From Candidatus Cloacimonadales bacterium (GTDB lineage Bacteria; Cloacimonadota; Cloacimonadia; Cloacimonadales; JAIOQZ01), in NCBI GenBank assembly GCA_963662655.2, contig CAXXTU010000002.1, positions 768,001 to 832,000 on the forward strand: DNA of 64,000 nucleotides, read 5' to 3'. Below the pieces are notes generated by a model. The model saw only the letters and a program-made list of their open reading frames with translations, did not search any database and was not told the origin of the DNA. The position numbers and the translations under genes are program-made. This document shows, piece by piece, positions 30,074 through 38,767 of the stretch (positions are counted from its first letter, which is position 1; each line of letters begins with the position of its first letter).

Positions 30074-30502
30074 ATGAGACTGTGGTCGCTTCATCCAAAA
30101 TATCTCGATTCGAAAGGACTTGTCGCGTTGTGGCGGGAAAGTCTTCTTGCAAAGGCCGTACTGGAAGGAAAGACGAGTGGCTATCGCAACCACCCTCAGT
30201 TGCAGCGTTTTATAGCTTGCCCAAAGCCTGTCGATTCGATCAACACCTACCTGAGCAATGTCCTTGCGGAAGCGAGCGCTCGTGGATATCGGTTCGATGC
30301 ATCGAAAATCGATCGAGACGCTAAGGTATCCCCCATGCCGGTGACATCGGGTCAGGTGGAATACGAATACCGGCACTTGCTGGCAAAGCTCGAGAAACGT
30401 GATCCGCAGCGCTATATGCAGGTTGTGAACATCGATCATCCGGAAGTCAATCCGGTGTTTCGTCTTATCGATGGCGAGATTGAAGCCTGGGAGAGGATTT
30501 AG
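30074..30502 (+). CDS. Pyrimidine-dimer DNA glycosylase/endonuclease V family protein
   Basis: MRLWSLHPKYLD.KGLVALWRE.LLA..VL.G...GYRNHPQL.RF, RGYRFD. Confidence 0.85.
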   Translation: MRLWSLHPKYLDSKGLVALWRESLLAKAVLEGKTSGYRNHPQLQRFIACPKPVDSINTYLSNVLAEASARGYRFDASKIDRDAKVSPMPVTSGQVEYEYRHLLAKLEKRDPQRYMQVVNIDHPEVNPVFRLIDGEIEAWERI

Positions 30503-33500
30503 CTATAAGTTTTTCTTCTTCTGTTTCATCAGCTCCGATATTTTCTCGACCAGGATTTGCCATGTAATGGGCTTTATAATTATCAAATCCGCTCCTGTCC
30601 GATACGCAGAATCCAGGTCCGTAAAGCTTTCGTGTCCAGTGCAAAGGATCACTGGCATTTCGGGCCTGGTATTGCGGATTTCGAGTAGCAGGTCCAAACC
30701 GCTGATGCGCGGCATCGAGATATCCGATACGATCAGATCGAATTGCCAGGGATCTTTCCGGAATACCTCAACTGCCTCCTCCGGATTCGTGTACGTTTGG
30801 ATATGGTGCCCGGTCCTCCCCACGCCGATACGGATCATCGAAGCGATATCCGTGTCGTCATCGACAAACATGATCCTGTAGCTCTCCTGCGAGTGCAGAA
30901 GCGTTTGTTGTTTGCTCGATTCCATAGCCTCTTTGGTCAGCCGTGGCAGATAAACGTCCACGATCGTTCCGGAATCCTGCTTGGACTGGACGTCGATCAC
31001 GCCATCGTTTTCCCGGATGATTCCGTGAACCGTTGATAACCCCAGTCCACTTCCGCCCTGCTGCGCCTTAGTCGTGAAATAGGGCTCGAAGATCCTCTTG
31101 ATAACTTCCGGCGGCATTCCGCACCCCGTATCGATCACGCTGATCCGGGCGTAAGCGCCTGGCTTTATGATGTGGGCAAACTGCGATGGAATTCGGTCGG
31201 CGGTTGTTTCCGTGAGTCTTACGGTCAGTCTGCCGCCTTTGGGCTTCATCGCCTGGTAGGCGTTGGTGCAGAGATTCATCAATATCTGGTGCAGCCTAGA
31301 TGGATCGGCGTTGACGACCACATCCTCCTGGATATCGATGTCCATGGAGATATTGGCCGGCAACGTCCGTTCGAGCATAGCCTTTGTCTCATCGATAATC
31401 GTTTTGAGCTGAACGGGCCTGCGCTCCATATCGGCTCTTCGGCTGAACGTCATGATTTGCTGGATGACGCCTTTAGCTCTGTAACCTGCCTTGACGATCT
31501 CCTTGATACCGGTGTAGGACGGATTGTCGGAGGGAACATCGAGCAGCGCGAGTTCGCCGTAACCGATGACCGCCGAAAGGATGTTGTTGAAATCGTGGGC
31601 GATTCCGCCGGCGAGCGTGCCGATTGCTTCCATTTTTTGTGTATGGATGAGCTGGTTCTTCAATTCCTTCTCGACGGTCACGTCCTTCATGACCCCCACG
31701 AATTTCACAATCACGTTTTGGCTGTTCCGTATCGCGGAAATGGTGCTCTCTACCTCGAACAAGCTGCCGTCTTTACGCTTGTTGATGAAGGTTCCCCGCC
31801 ACACTTTTCCAGACATGATCGTATCGAAGAACTCTTTGTAGAACTGGTTTGAATGCTTGCCGCTTCTCAGGAATCCCAACGTCTTGCCGATCACGTCCTC
31901 CCGCATGTAGCCGGTGATCTTCTCGAACGCCGGATTCACGTACGTAAGTGTTCCGTCAGGTTCGGTAATGATGATGATTTCCGCCGCGTAATCGATGGCT
32001 CGGGCAAGCTGCTTCAGTTCCATCTCGTTTTGCTTTCGCTGCGTGATGTCGTGTAATATACCCGCGTATCTGCTTGCCTTCTGGCCTTCGCTCTGAATAT
32101 AGCTGCCTCGAATCGAGAACCACTGGACTTTCTCGTCGTGGATTTGGAATCGCAAGTCGGACTGGAAATCCGCCTTGGTTTCTTTACAATCGATGACTTT
32201 ATTATCGAAGACTTGGGCATCGTCGTGGTGGATGTATTCCCTGATCCGGGCCAGGCTCTTCGTGAGCTCATTTTGCTGGAAGTCAAGCAACCGCACGGCT
32301 TCTTGCGAGAAGGTAACCATGTCGGCATCGAGGTCCCATTCCCAGCTTATGATTCCGGCTGCGTGCTGCGTAATGTTGTATCGCTCTTCGCTTTGCTTCA
32401 GTTTCTCGAGCGTGAAATACTTGTCCGTGATATCCCTCGAAACCCCGACGATGTTCTCAACCTCTCCGTTTTCGTCCAATAGTGGCGTGATAATGGTATC
32501 CAGCGCGACCATACGATGAAGGAATTCCTCATTCCATTCCTCGAAGTGCTGTACTTCGCCGTGCTTCAAAACGTGCTCTTCATACTTGTCGTAATAGGGG
32601 TTCCGGTAATCCGGGAAGAAATCGTAAAAGGTCTTTCCGATGATCTCATCGGAGGTGTGTCCGATGAATTTCTCAAAGGCCGTATTGCATCCCAGGAAAT
32701 TCCGATTCCGATCCTTGAAATACAGCATATCAGGAATGGCGTCCATGATGGCTTTCAGCATTCCGAAACGTTCTTGCTGTGTTTTTCGTAGAACGTATCG
32801 ATAGTACAAAATGGACCCCGCCATGATGCTCAGTACGAACAGCGCGGTTAGCAGATAGAAATTCATGCGCAGGCTCGCCATATCCCGATTGACTTCTTTG
32901 ACCGGTGAGGCCATCGCGATGACAAGATGTTGATCTCCCATGTTCGCCGAGTGCCAGGAGATCAGCTTACGACTTACTTGTCCGTTTCTCTTTACGGTAA
33001 ACGCGTATTCTCCGGAGCCATAAGCTTCGGATATCAGCCTTTTATCGATCCTTTTCAACTGGTCGTATGATTCATGCATCCCGTCGAATACATTGCGGCC
33101 GATGATTTCAGATTCGTGATCGTACACAATATTGCCCAAACCGTCCAGAATATACCCCGCACCATAGGAGCCCGTACGCATTGGGCTCACAAAGCGCTCG
33201 ATCATCGGATGGATGTCCACAACGGCTATGACTTGTATTCGTCCATAGGTCGAAGTGTCGTTCATGATCATCCCGTAATACTGCATGTTGGGGTGAATAT
33301 AAAATGGCGGGACAAACCGCGCGTGCGATCGGGTGAGGTCGACGCCGTACTGACTTCGCCATTCTTCGCTTATCTCTCTGGCAACCTGGTTGTCGTCGAA
33401 CCACCGAACGATCGAATTGTCATTCTCAAAGTAAACGGCGATACCCAATACCTGTGAGTACGAATCGACCGTGTTACGGACGAGATTCGCCAGTATTTTA

Positions 33501-33769
33501 TCCGTTTTCCAATCTGCTTCGATTACCGAGATGATATTGTTGACGAGGTTCCGCCCGATCTGCTCCGTATTGGTATAGCATTGTTGAATTCCATTGGCAG
33601 CGAACAGCGTCTGAAGGCTTTGCAGGTTGTTGTAACTCTTTTCATGCTTCTCGATGGCGTTTCGCTCGCTTAGGTAGGTTATCATGATGTACATGAGAAA
33701 GAGCAAACCCAACAAGGCCGGGAAGATGATCGTGAGTGAGGTCGAGCGGTTCTTTTTCGCGTTATTCAT
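30503..33769 (-). CDS. Membrane hybrid sensor kinase (Cache-like periplasmic domain, 3 PAS, HisKA-HATPase, REC)
   Basis: Two TM helices, YILDGLGNIVYDH, three PAS/PAC segments, [15 protein letters not shown]-terminal receiver. Confidence 0.9.
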   Translation of the reverse strand: MNNAKKNRSTSLTIIFPALLGLLFLMYIMITYLSERNAIEKHEKSYNNLQSLQTLFAANGIQQCYTNTEQIGRNLVNNIISVIEADWKTDKILANLVRNTVDSYSQVLGIAVYFENDNSIVRWFDDNQVAREISEEWRSQYGVDLTRSHARFVPPFYIHPNMQYYGMIMNDTSTYGRIQVIAVVDIHPMIERFVSPMRTGSYGAGYILDGLGNIVYDHESEIIGRNVFDGMHESYDQLKRIDKRLISEAYGSGEYAFTVKRNGQVSRKLISWHSANMGDQHLVIAMASPVKEVNRDMASLRMNFYLLTALFVLSIMAGSILYYRYVLRKTQQERFGMLKAIMDAIPDMLYFKDRNRNFLGCNTAFEKFIGHTSDEIIGKTFYDFFPDYRNPYYDKYEEHVLKHGEVQHFEEWNEEFLHRMVALDTIITPLLDENGEVENIVGVSRDITDKYFTLEKLKQSEERYNITQHAAGIISWEWDLDADMVTFSQEAVRLLDFQQNELTKSLARIREYIHHDDAQVFDNKVIDCKETKADFQSDLRFQIHDEKVQWFSIRGSYIQSEGQKASRYAGILHDITQRKQNEMELKQLARAIDYAAEIIIITEPDGTLTYVNPAFEKITGYMREDVIGKTLGFLRSGKHSNQFYKEFFDTIMSGKVWRGTFINKRKDGSLFEVESTISAIRNSQNVIVKFVGVMKDVTVEKELKNQLIHTQKMEAIGTLAGGIAHDFNNILSAVIGYGELALLDVPSDNPSYTGIKEIVKAGYRAKGVIQQIMTFSRRADMERRPVQLKTIIDETKAMLERTLPANISMDIDIQEDVVVNADPSRLHQILMNLCTNAYQAMKPKGGRLTVRLTETTADRIPSQFAHIIKPGAYARISVIDTGCGMPPEVIKRIFEPYFTTKAQQGGSGLGLSTVHGIIRENDGVIDVQSKQDSGTIVDVYLPRLTKEAMESSKQQTLLHSQESYRIMFVDDDTDIASMIRIGVGRTGHHIQTYTNPEEAVEVFRKDPWQFDLIVSDISMPRISGLDLLLEIRNTRPEMPVILCTGHESFTDLDSAYRTGADLIIIKPITWQILVEKISELMKQKKKNL

Positions 33770-33784
33770 ACGGTTGAGACACTC

Positions 33785-35560
33785 CTAAATCTCGCTGAGC
33801 AGGTTGTCGTTGCTGTTCAATTCTATCATTGCTCCTTCGGCGATGATCTCGCAAACGGCATTCGCGTTGATGGCCACAGGGATGTTGTACGCCATGCCGA
33901 GGAGCTGAAGCTGCCTCTCGAAGCTGCAGTTCTCGGCAACGATGGCCGCCGCGTATCGGAGCGACGATGTCCATTCGTCGCGGAAAGTGCGCAAGATGAC
34001 AATCTTGCCCGTAAAGTCTTTCTTCTTCAGGTCGTCTTCCGTACCTAGATGAACAGCCTGAGCCGTTACCGATCCGGATTGAAGGAATTTCACCGGAATG
34101 CGCGATTTCCCTGCCGTCTCGACGCGGATCATGTTTGTTCGACCGCGGACGCCCAGGGGAAGCCCGGCAACGATAACGACCAGTTCGTTGCGCTTCACCA
34201 GGCCATCTTTGACACACTGTAGCAGTGCATTCTTCAGCATCATCTCGAAATCGTCTACTTCCTGAACGTAATACGGGAAAACGCCCCAGTTAAGAGCGAG
34301 TTGGTGATACACATTGTGATCCGGCGTGAACGCGTAGATCGGGAGGCCCGGACGCAGACGCGATATCTGACGGGCGGAATACCCGGACTTGGTGAAGCAG
34401 ATGATTGCACCTGCCTGGCACTGGTATGCGGTGGTTACCGCATTGTAGCAAATGATCGTCGTCAGGTCGTTGTCGCGTCCCTCATCGCGGCGGTGGTAGA
34501 AATTCACCGAGTAATCGTAGTGCTCCTCCACTTTGCGGATAATCCGTTCCATGGTTTGAACGACGAGGTCGGGATATTTGCCGATGGCCGTCTCCCCGGA
34601 GAGCATCACGGCCGAAGTCAGATCGTAACAGGCGTTCGCCACGTCGGAAGCTTCTGCGCGGGTCGGGACACGGTTGTGGATCATGGATTCGAGCATCTGG
34701 GTTGCCGTTATCACCGGCTTACCGCTTTGATAGCACTTCTCGATGATCTTCTTCTGGATTACGGGGACTTCTTCCAGAGCCAATTCGACTCCGAGATCAC
34801 CACGGGCTACCATGATGCCGTCGGCGTACCGGACGATCTCGTCCAACTGATTGATCGCTTGCTTGCTCTCGATCTTGGCGATCAATCTGATTTGTGAGTC
34901 CTCCTTCACGTCGCGGATGAGGTTCCTCACCTTGAAAAGGTCTTCGGCGGATCTGACAAAAGAGAGAGCGATATACTCCAGTCCTTTCTGTGCAGCGAAA
35001 CGGATGTCGCGGATATCTTTTTCCGAGAGGAATGGCAGGGGATAATCCATGCCCGGAACCGTGAGATGCGCCCGGGGACGTAGGTTTCCGCTGTTGCTCA
35101 ATTGAATCTTGATCGTTTCGGCGGATGCCTCGACGATCTCCGCTTCGATGTAGCCGTCCATGAGCAGGGCTTTCTTGAAGCCTTTGGCCAGTTCGCCGAT
35201 GTTCGCGAGATTGGTGTAGAGATGTCGGGGGGATTCGCTTACGAAGTCTTCGATATTCGGTCCGGCAAAGCTGGAGATTTCCAGCACGTCTCCGGAATTT
35301 AATTCGATGGATTCGGGATAGCCGAATACGCGGACTTCGGGACCTTTCGTATCCAGCATGATGGCAATGGGAATCGATCTTTCGTCTCGAATCGCACGAA
35401 CGAGGTCGATGACCCCTTCGCCGTCTTCGGGATCCATGTGCGAAAAGTTCAAACGGACAACGTCCATTCCCTGATCGATCAATTTCTCCAGAAAAACCCG
35501 ATCTGCCGTGTTTGGATTAACCGTACAGACGATCTTTGTCTTTGCCCCTTTGTTTTTCAT
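33785..35560 (-). CDS. pyk: Pyruvate kinase with C-terminal PEP-utiliser swivel-like extension
   Basis: TKIVCT, RLNFSH, LDTKGPEVR, IAKIE, GIMVARGDLGVE, ATQMLESM, PTRAE, MLSGETA. Confidence 0.95.
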   Translation of the reverse strand: MKNKGAKTKIVCTVNPNTADRVFLEKLIDQGMDVVRLNFSHMDPEDGEGVIDLVRAIRDERSIPIAIMLDTKGPEVRVFGYPESIELNSGDVLEISSFAGPNIEDFVSESPRHLYTNLANIGELAKGFKKALLMDGYIEAEIVEASAETIKIQLSNSGNLRPRAHLTVPGMDYPLPFLSEKDIRDIRFAAQKGLEYIALSFVRSAEDLFKVRNLIRDVKEDSQIRLIAKIESKQAINQLDEIVRYADGIMVARGDLGVELALEEVPVIQKKIIEKCYQSGKPVITATQMLESMIHNRVPTRAEASDVANACYDLTSAVMLSGETAIGKYPDLVVQTMERIIRKVEEHYDYSVNFYHRRDEGRDNDLTTIICYNAVTTAYQCQAGAIICFTKSGYSARQISRLRPGLPIYAFTPDHNVYHQLALNWGVFPYYVQEVDDFEMMLKNALLQCVKDGLVKRNELVVIVAGLPLGVRGRTNMIRVETAGKSRIPVKFLQSGSVTAQAVHLGTEDDLKKKDFTGKIVILRTFRDEWTSSLRYAAAIVAENCSFERQLQLLGMAYNIPVAINANAVCEIIAEGAMIELNSNDNLLSEI

Positions 35561-35794
35561 GTAATCTCTCCCCGTTAGGTAAGTTTGCCAGGTTTCGTAT
35601 CATGTTTTTTACTATTACGCAGCGTGGGCAATTTGACAAGAAAAAAAAACCTGTGAGGTGAGTGGTTTTGTGTTATCATTTCAGGTATAGCATTTTCGAA
35701 GTCTCGGAAACCGGAGAATCGGCAAAATTAAAAACTTGATTGAAAATTCATGATTCCATTTTTATGGTTCCATATGTGAAGCAATGAGGAGATT

Positions 35795-36607
35795 ATGAGC
35801 AAGAAGGAAAAAGTATTTCAGTACAGTTATATCAAAACATTCTCACGCGGTGAAATCGTTATCCGCGAAGGCGAAGTGGGAGACGATGTTTATATCATTC
35901 GGAAAGGGCAGGCGAAGATCGTCAAGACAGACTCCCAGGGTAATGAACTCGTCATCGATATCGTGTCCGAAGGCAAGGTTTTCGGAGAGATGGGATTCAT
36001 TTTGGAAGAAGCCCGTTCGCGCACCGTTCGCGCACTGACGAACCTCGAAGTGGAAATCATCAATCCGCGCGTTTTTGGCGAGTTGTACAAGCTAGAGTTC
36101 GGGCAGCTGATTCGCCCGATCATCCAGACAATGGCCGAGCGGCTTCGTTTCACAGACAGGCGTCTCGCCGAGCTCGAAACCGAGCGGATTTTCTACGCTC
36201 CGGTCAACGAGGATCGCCAGAAAGGCTGGTCGCTTACATTGCGAGCGAATTCAGCCGCGGCGGTCGAATCCCTGGCGGGTAAATCGAGTGTTGAAATCAA
36301 CACGTTCCCGCTCTATGTCGGACGATATTCGAGAAGACGCGCCGACGACCTGTTTCACTCCAACAACCTTTTCTTGCATGACGACCCTCCTTATACGATC
36401 TCCCGCTCGCATTTTTCCATTATACCCTTTCATAACGACCTTTATTTCTACGATCGCGGAAGCACGCTTGGGACCATCGTCAACGGCGAGCAGGTCGGGG
36501 GAATGAGTCGCCAGAAGAAAACGCTCCTGAAGTTCGGGGAGAACGATCTGATCATCGGCGGAGAGAAATCCAAACTGGTTTACAAGCTCGTTACACGATT
36601 GGATTGA
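35795..36607 (+). CDS. Cyclic-nucleotide-binding + FHA domain protein
   Basis: cNMP motif GEIVIREGE.GD..YII..G...FGEM....ARSRTVRA. FHA motif VGR...ISRSH...DRGSTLGT.VNG. Confidence 0.85.
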   Translation: MSKKEKVFQYSYIKTFSRGEIVIREGEVGDDVYIIRKGQAKIVKTDSQGNELVIDIVSEGKVFGEMGFILEEARSRTVRALTNLEVEIINPRVFGELYKLEFGQLIRPIIQTMAERLRFTDRRLAELETERIFYAPVNEDRQKGWSLTLRANSAAAVESLAGKSSVEINTFPLYVGRYSRRRADDLFHSNNLFLHDDPPYTISRSHFSIIPFHNDLYFYDRGSTLGTIVNGEQVGGMSRQKKTLLKFGENDLIIGGEKSKLVYKLVTRLD

Positions 36608-36876
36608 TCGATAAGGAGTTAAGTGATAGATTTTCAGCTCGTTTGAATCGGTTTCAGGCGGGCTTTCTTCTTGCCCATTCCGCACACGTTAAAATCATCA
36701 ATTCTGAATCAATCCTTGACAGCATAGCACAAAATGATTTTCTTGCATATAGTTATGAATACAAAGAGTCTCATCACAACGATACATTGCTGAATATCGC
36801 GTCGAAAATATACGATTTTATGCGTTTTATTTTACAATTACGTAGTAATGATTTTTTATCCATGGAGGAACTTAAG

Positions 36877-37329
36877 ATGGAACCTACGCTAAGTATCTAC
36901 ACACCGGGCAGGAAGCCTGACGAAACCACGAAAAACGAGATCATTGATTTCCTGTATGAACACCTTGAACAATTTGGCGATCCACGCGAACAGGTCGCAC
37001 TTGCCGTTGGTTATTCCCTGCAAGAATATGAATCCTTTGGCGGACTCATCCTTCTCGCAAAAATGGACGGGAAAACCGTCGGCGCCGTTGTGATAAACCG
37101 GACAGGAATGAAAGACTATATCCCCGAAAACATTTTGGTCTATATTGCCGTGCATCGTGAATATCGCGGAAAGAAGATCGGCCGATATCTCATGATGCAG
37201 GCTATCGAGAACGCCGAAGGAAACATTGCGCTTCATGTCGAGCCCGACAACCCGGCGAGATTTCTTTATAAGAAGGTTGGTTTTACCAGCAAGTATCTCG
37301 AAATGCGCTATCAGCGAGGAGCTCAGTAA
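36877..37329 (+). CDS. GNAT family N-acetyltransferase
   Basis: GGAGGA RBS before ATG 36877. IAVHREYRGKKIG, NPARFLYKKVGF. Confidence 0.85.
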   Translation: MEPTLSIYTPGRKPDETTKNEIIDFLYEHLEQFGDPREQVALAVGYSLQEYESFGGLILLAKMDGKTVGAVVINRTGMKDYIPENILVYIAVHREYRGKKIGRYLMMQAIENAEGNIALHVEPDNPARFLYKKVGFTSKYLEMRYQRGAQ

Positions 37330-38402
37330 TGGCTTTCCTCGAAATGGATATTACGAAGCTCAAGCACAACTATGATTATCTCGACGACCTGTTCAAACGC
37401 AACAATATCCAATGGGCAGTCGTTTCGAAAGTGCTGTGCGGAAACAGGCTTTACCTTTCAGAGCTGCTCAATCTGGGCGTTAATCATATCTGCGATTCCC
37501 GATTGATCAACCTGAAGGTGATTAAATCCCTCAAGCCGGATGTGGAAACGATCTATATCAAACCACCTTCGAGGAAAAATATATCGAGTGTTATCAAATA
37601 TGCTGATATTAGCGTAAACACTGAAATCGCAACGATCAAAGCCCTGTCTCGTACCGCTAAGAAAATGAACACAAAGCATAAGATCATCATCATGCTGGAG
37701 ATGGGTGAACTACGGGAAGGTGTATTGCGGGACGAATTCGTTCAATTCTACGAGAACGTTTTCAAGCTCGACAACATACAAGTTGTGGGTATCGGAACGA
37801 ACTTCTCATGCTTGTATGGAGTACTGCCGCACGAGGATAAGCTTATCCAGCTCAGCCTGTATGAGCAATTGATCGAAGCGAAGTTCAATAGGAATTTACC
37901 GTACGTATCCGGTGGCAGTTCGGTGGTTATTCCCATTCTGCTGAAAAACACGCTACCCAAAGGGATCAATCATTTCAGGGTGGGCGAAACCTTGTACCTG
38001 GGCACCAACGTTTTCAACAACAGTCTGATAATGAACATGGAACACGGTATCTTCAAACTGTATGCCGAGATCATCGAGCTGATGGAGAAGCCTGTGGTTC
38101 CCTCGGGAATAATGGGATCAAACGTTGAAGGAAAGACTTACGCGTTTGACCAGCAAGAAGCAGGGAAGGTATCATTCCGGGCGATCGTTGACCTGGGACT
38201 TCTGGATGTGGACGAGAAGCATATCTGGTGCTCAGACGAAGACGTTCAGTTCGCTGGAGCCAGTTCCGACATGCTGGTTATCGACTTGAACGATAACCCG
38301 AAGGACTACAAGGTAGGTGATATCCTTGAATTCCAGATGGACTACATGGGTTTGCTAAGGCTGATGAATTCGAGGTATATCGAGAAGCGGGTGACGAAGT
38401 AG
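37329..38402 (+). CDS. Alanine/ornithine racemase-family PLP-dependent enzyme
   Basis: VVSKVLCG (PLP lysine), DSRL.N, MGELREG, GIGTNFSC, SGGSS, RVGE, GASSDM. Confidence 0.8.
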   Translation: MAFLEMDITKLKHNYDYLDDLFKRNNIQWAVVSKVLCGNRLYLSELLNLGVNHICDSRLINLKVIKSLKPDVETIYIKPPSRKNISSVIKYADISVNTEIATIKALSRTAKKMNTKHKIIIMLEMGELREGVLRDEFVQFYENVFKLDNIQVVGIGTNFSCLYGVLPHEDKLIQLSLYEQLIEAKFNRNLPYVSGGSSVVIPILLKNTLPKGINHFRVGETLYLGTNVFNNSLIMNMEHGIFKLYAEIIELMEKPVVPSGIMGSNVEGKTYAFDQQEAGKVSFRAIVDLGLLDVDEKHIWCSDEDVQFAGASSDMLVIDLNDNPKDYKVGDILEFQMDYMGLLRLMNSRYIEKRVTK

Positions 38403-38427
38403 TTGAGGAATCAGGCCTAAAATATAC

Positions 38428-38457
38428 GCCCTTGCAGCAGTGTGAGGGCTTTTTTTT
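38428..38457 (+). terminator. Intrinsic terminator
   Basis: GCCCTTGCA-GCAG-TGTGAGGGC followed by T8. Confidence 0.75.
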
Positions 38458-38479
38458 CTCATCAAAGGACACCCGGCGG

Positions 38480-38651
38480 GGCATCTTCGCCCGATCCTGG
38501 CTCCAGTGTGGATATAACACGCCCTTGATTATCCACTTACATGATTTCGAGGAACGAAATCATAGCGTTCATTATTTCGTTTGACTACGTCAAAGCCGAA
38601 AATAGGGCGTGTAACACCACACTTACGCGACAGGATCGAACGCATCTACTC
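38480..38651. repeat. Structured repeat family 1, copy D (172 nt, loop expanded by extra hairpins)
   Basis: GGCATCTTCGCC-CGATCCTG...AGTGTGG-ATATA-ACACGCCCT-[insert]-AGGGCGTGT-AACA-CCACACT...CAGGATCG-AACGCATCTACTC. Confidence 0.85.
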
Positions 38652-38767
38652 CCGCCTCGATGAGCAAAGTATTGAACATAAGGCGATCGAGGTTGATCAA
38701 ATCATTTCATTGACAGCCAAAGGTGTTTTCACTACATGGTTTACCTATCACGAAACAGGAGAAAACT

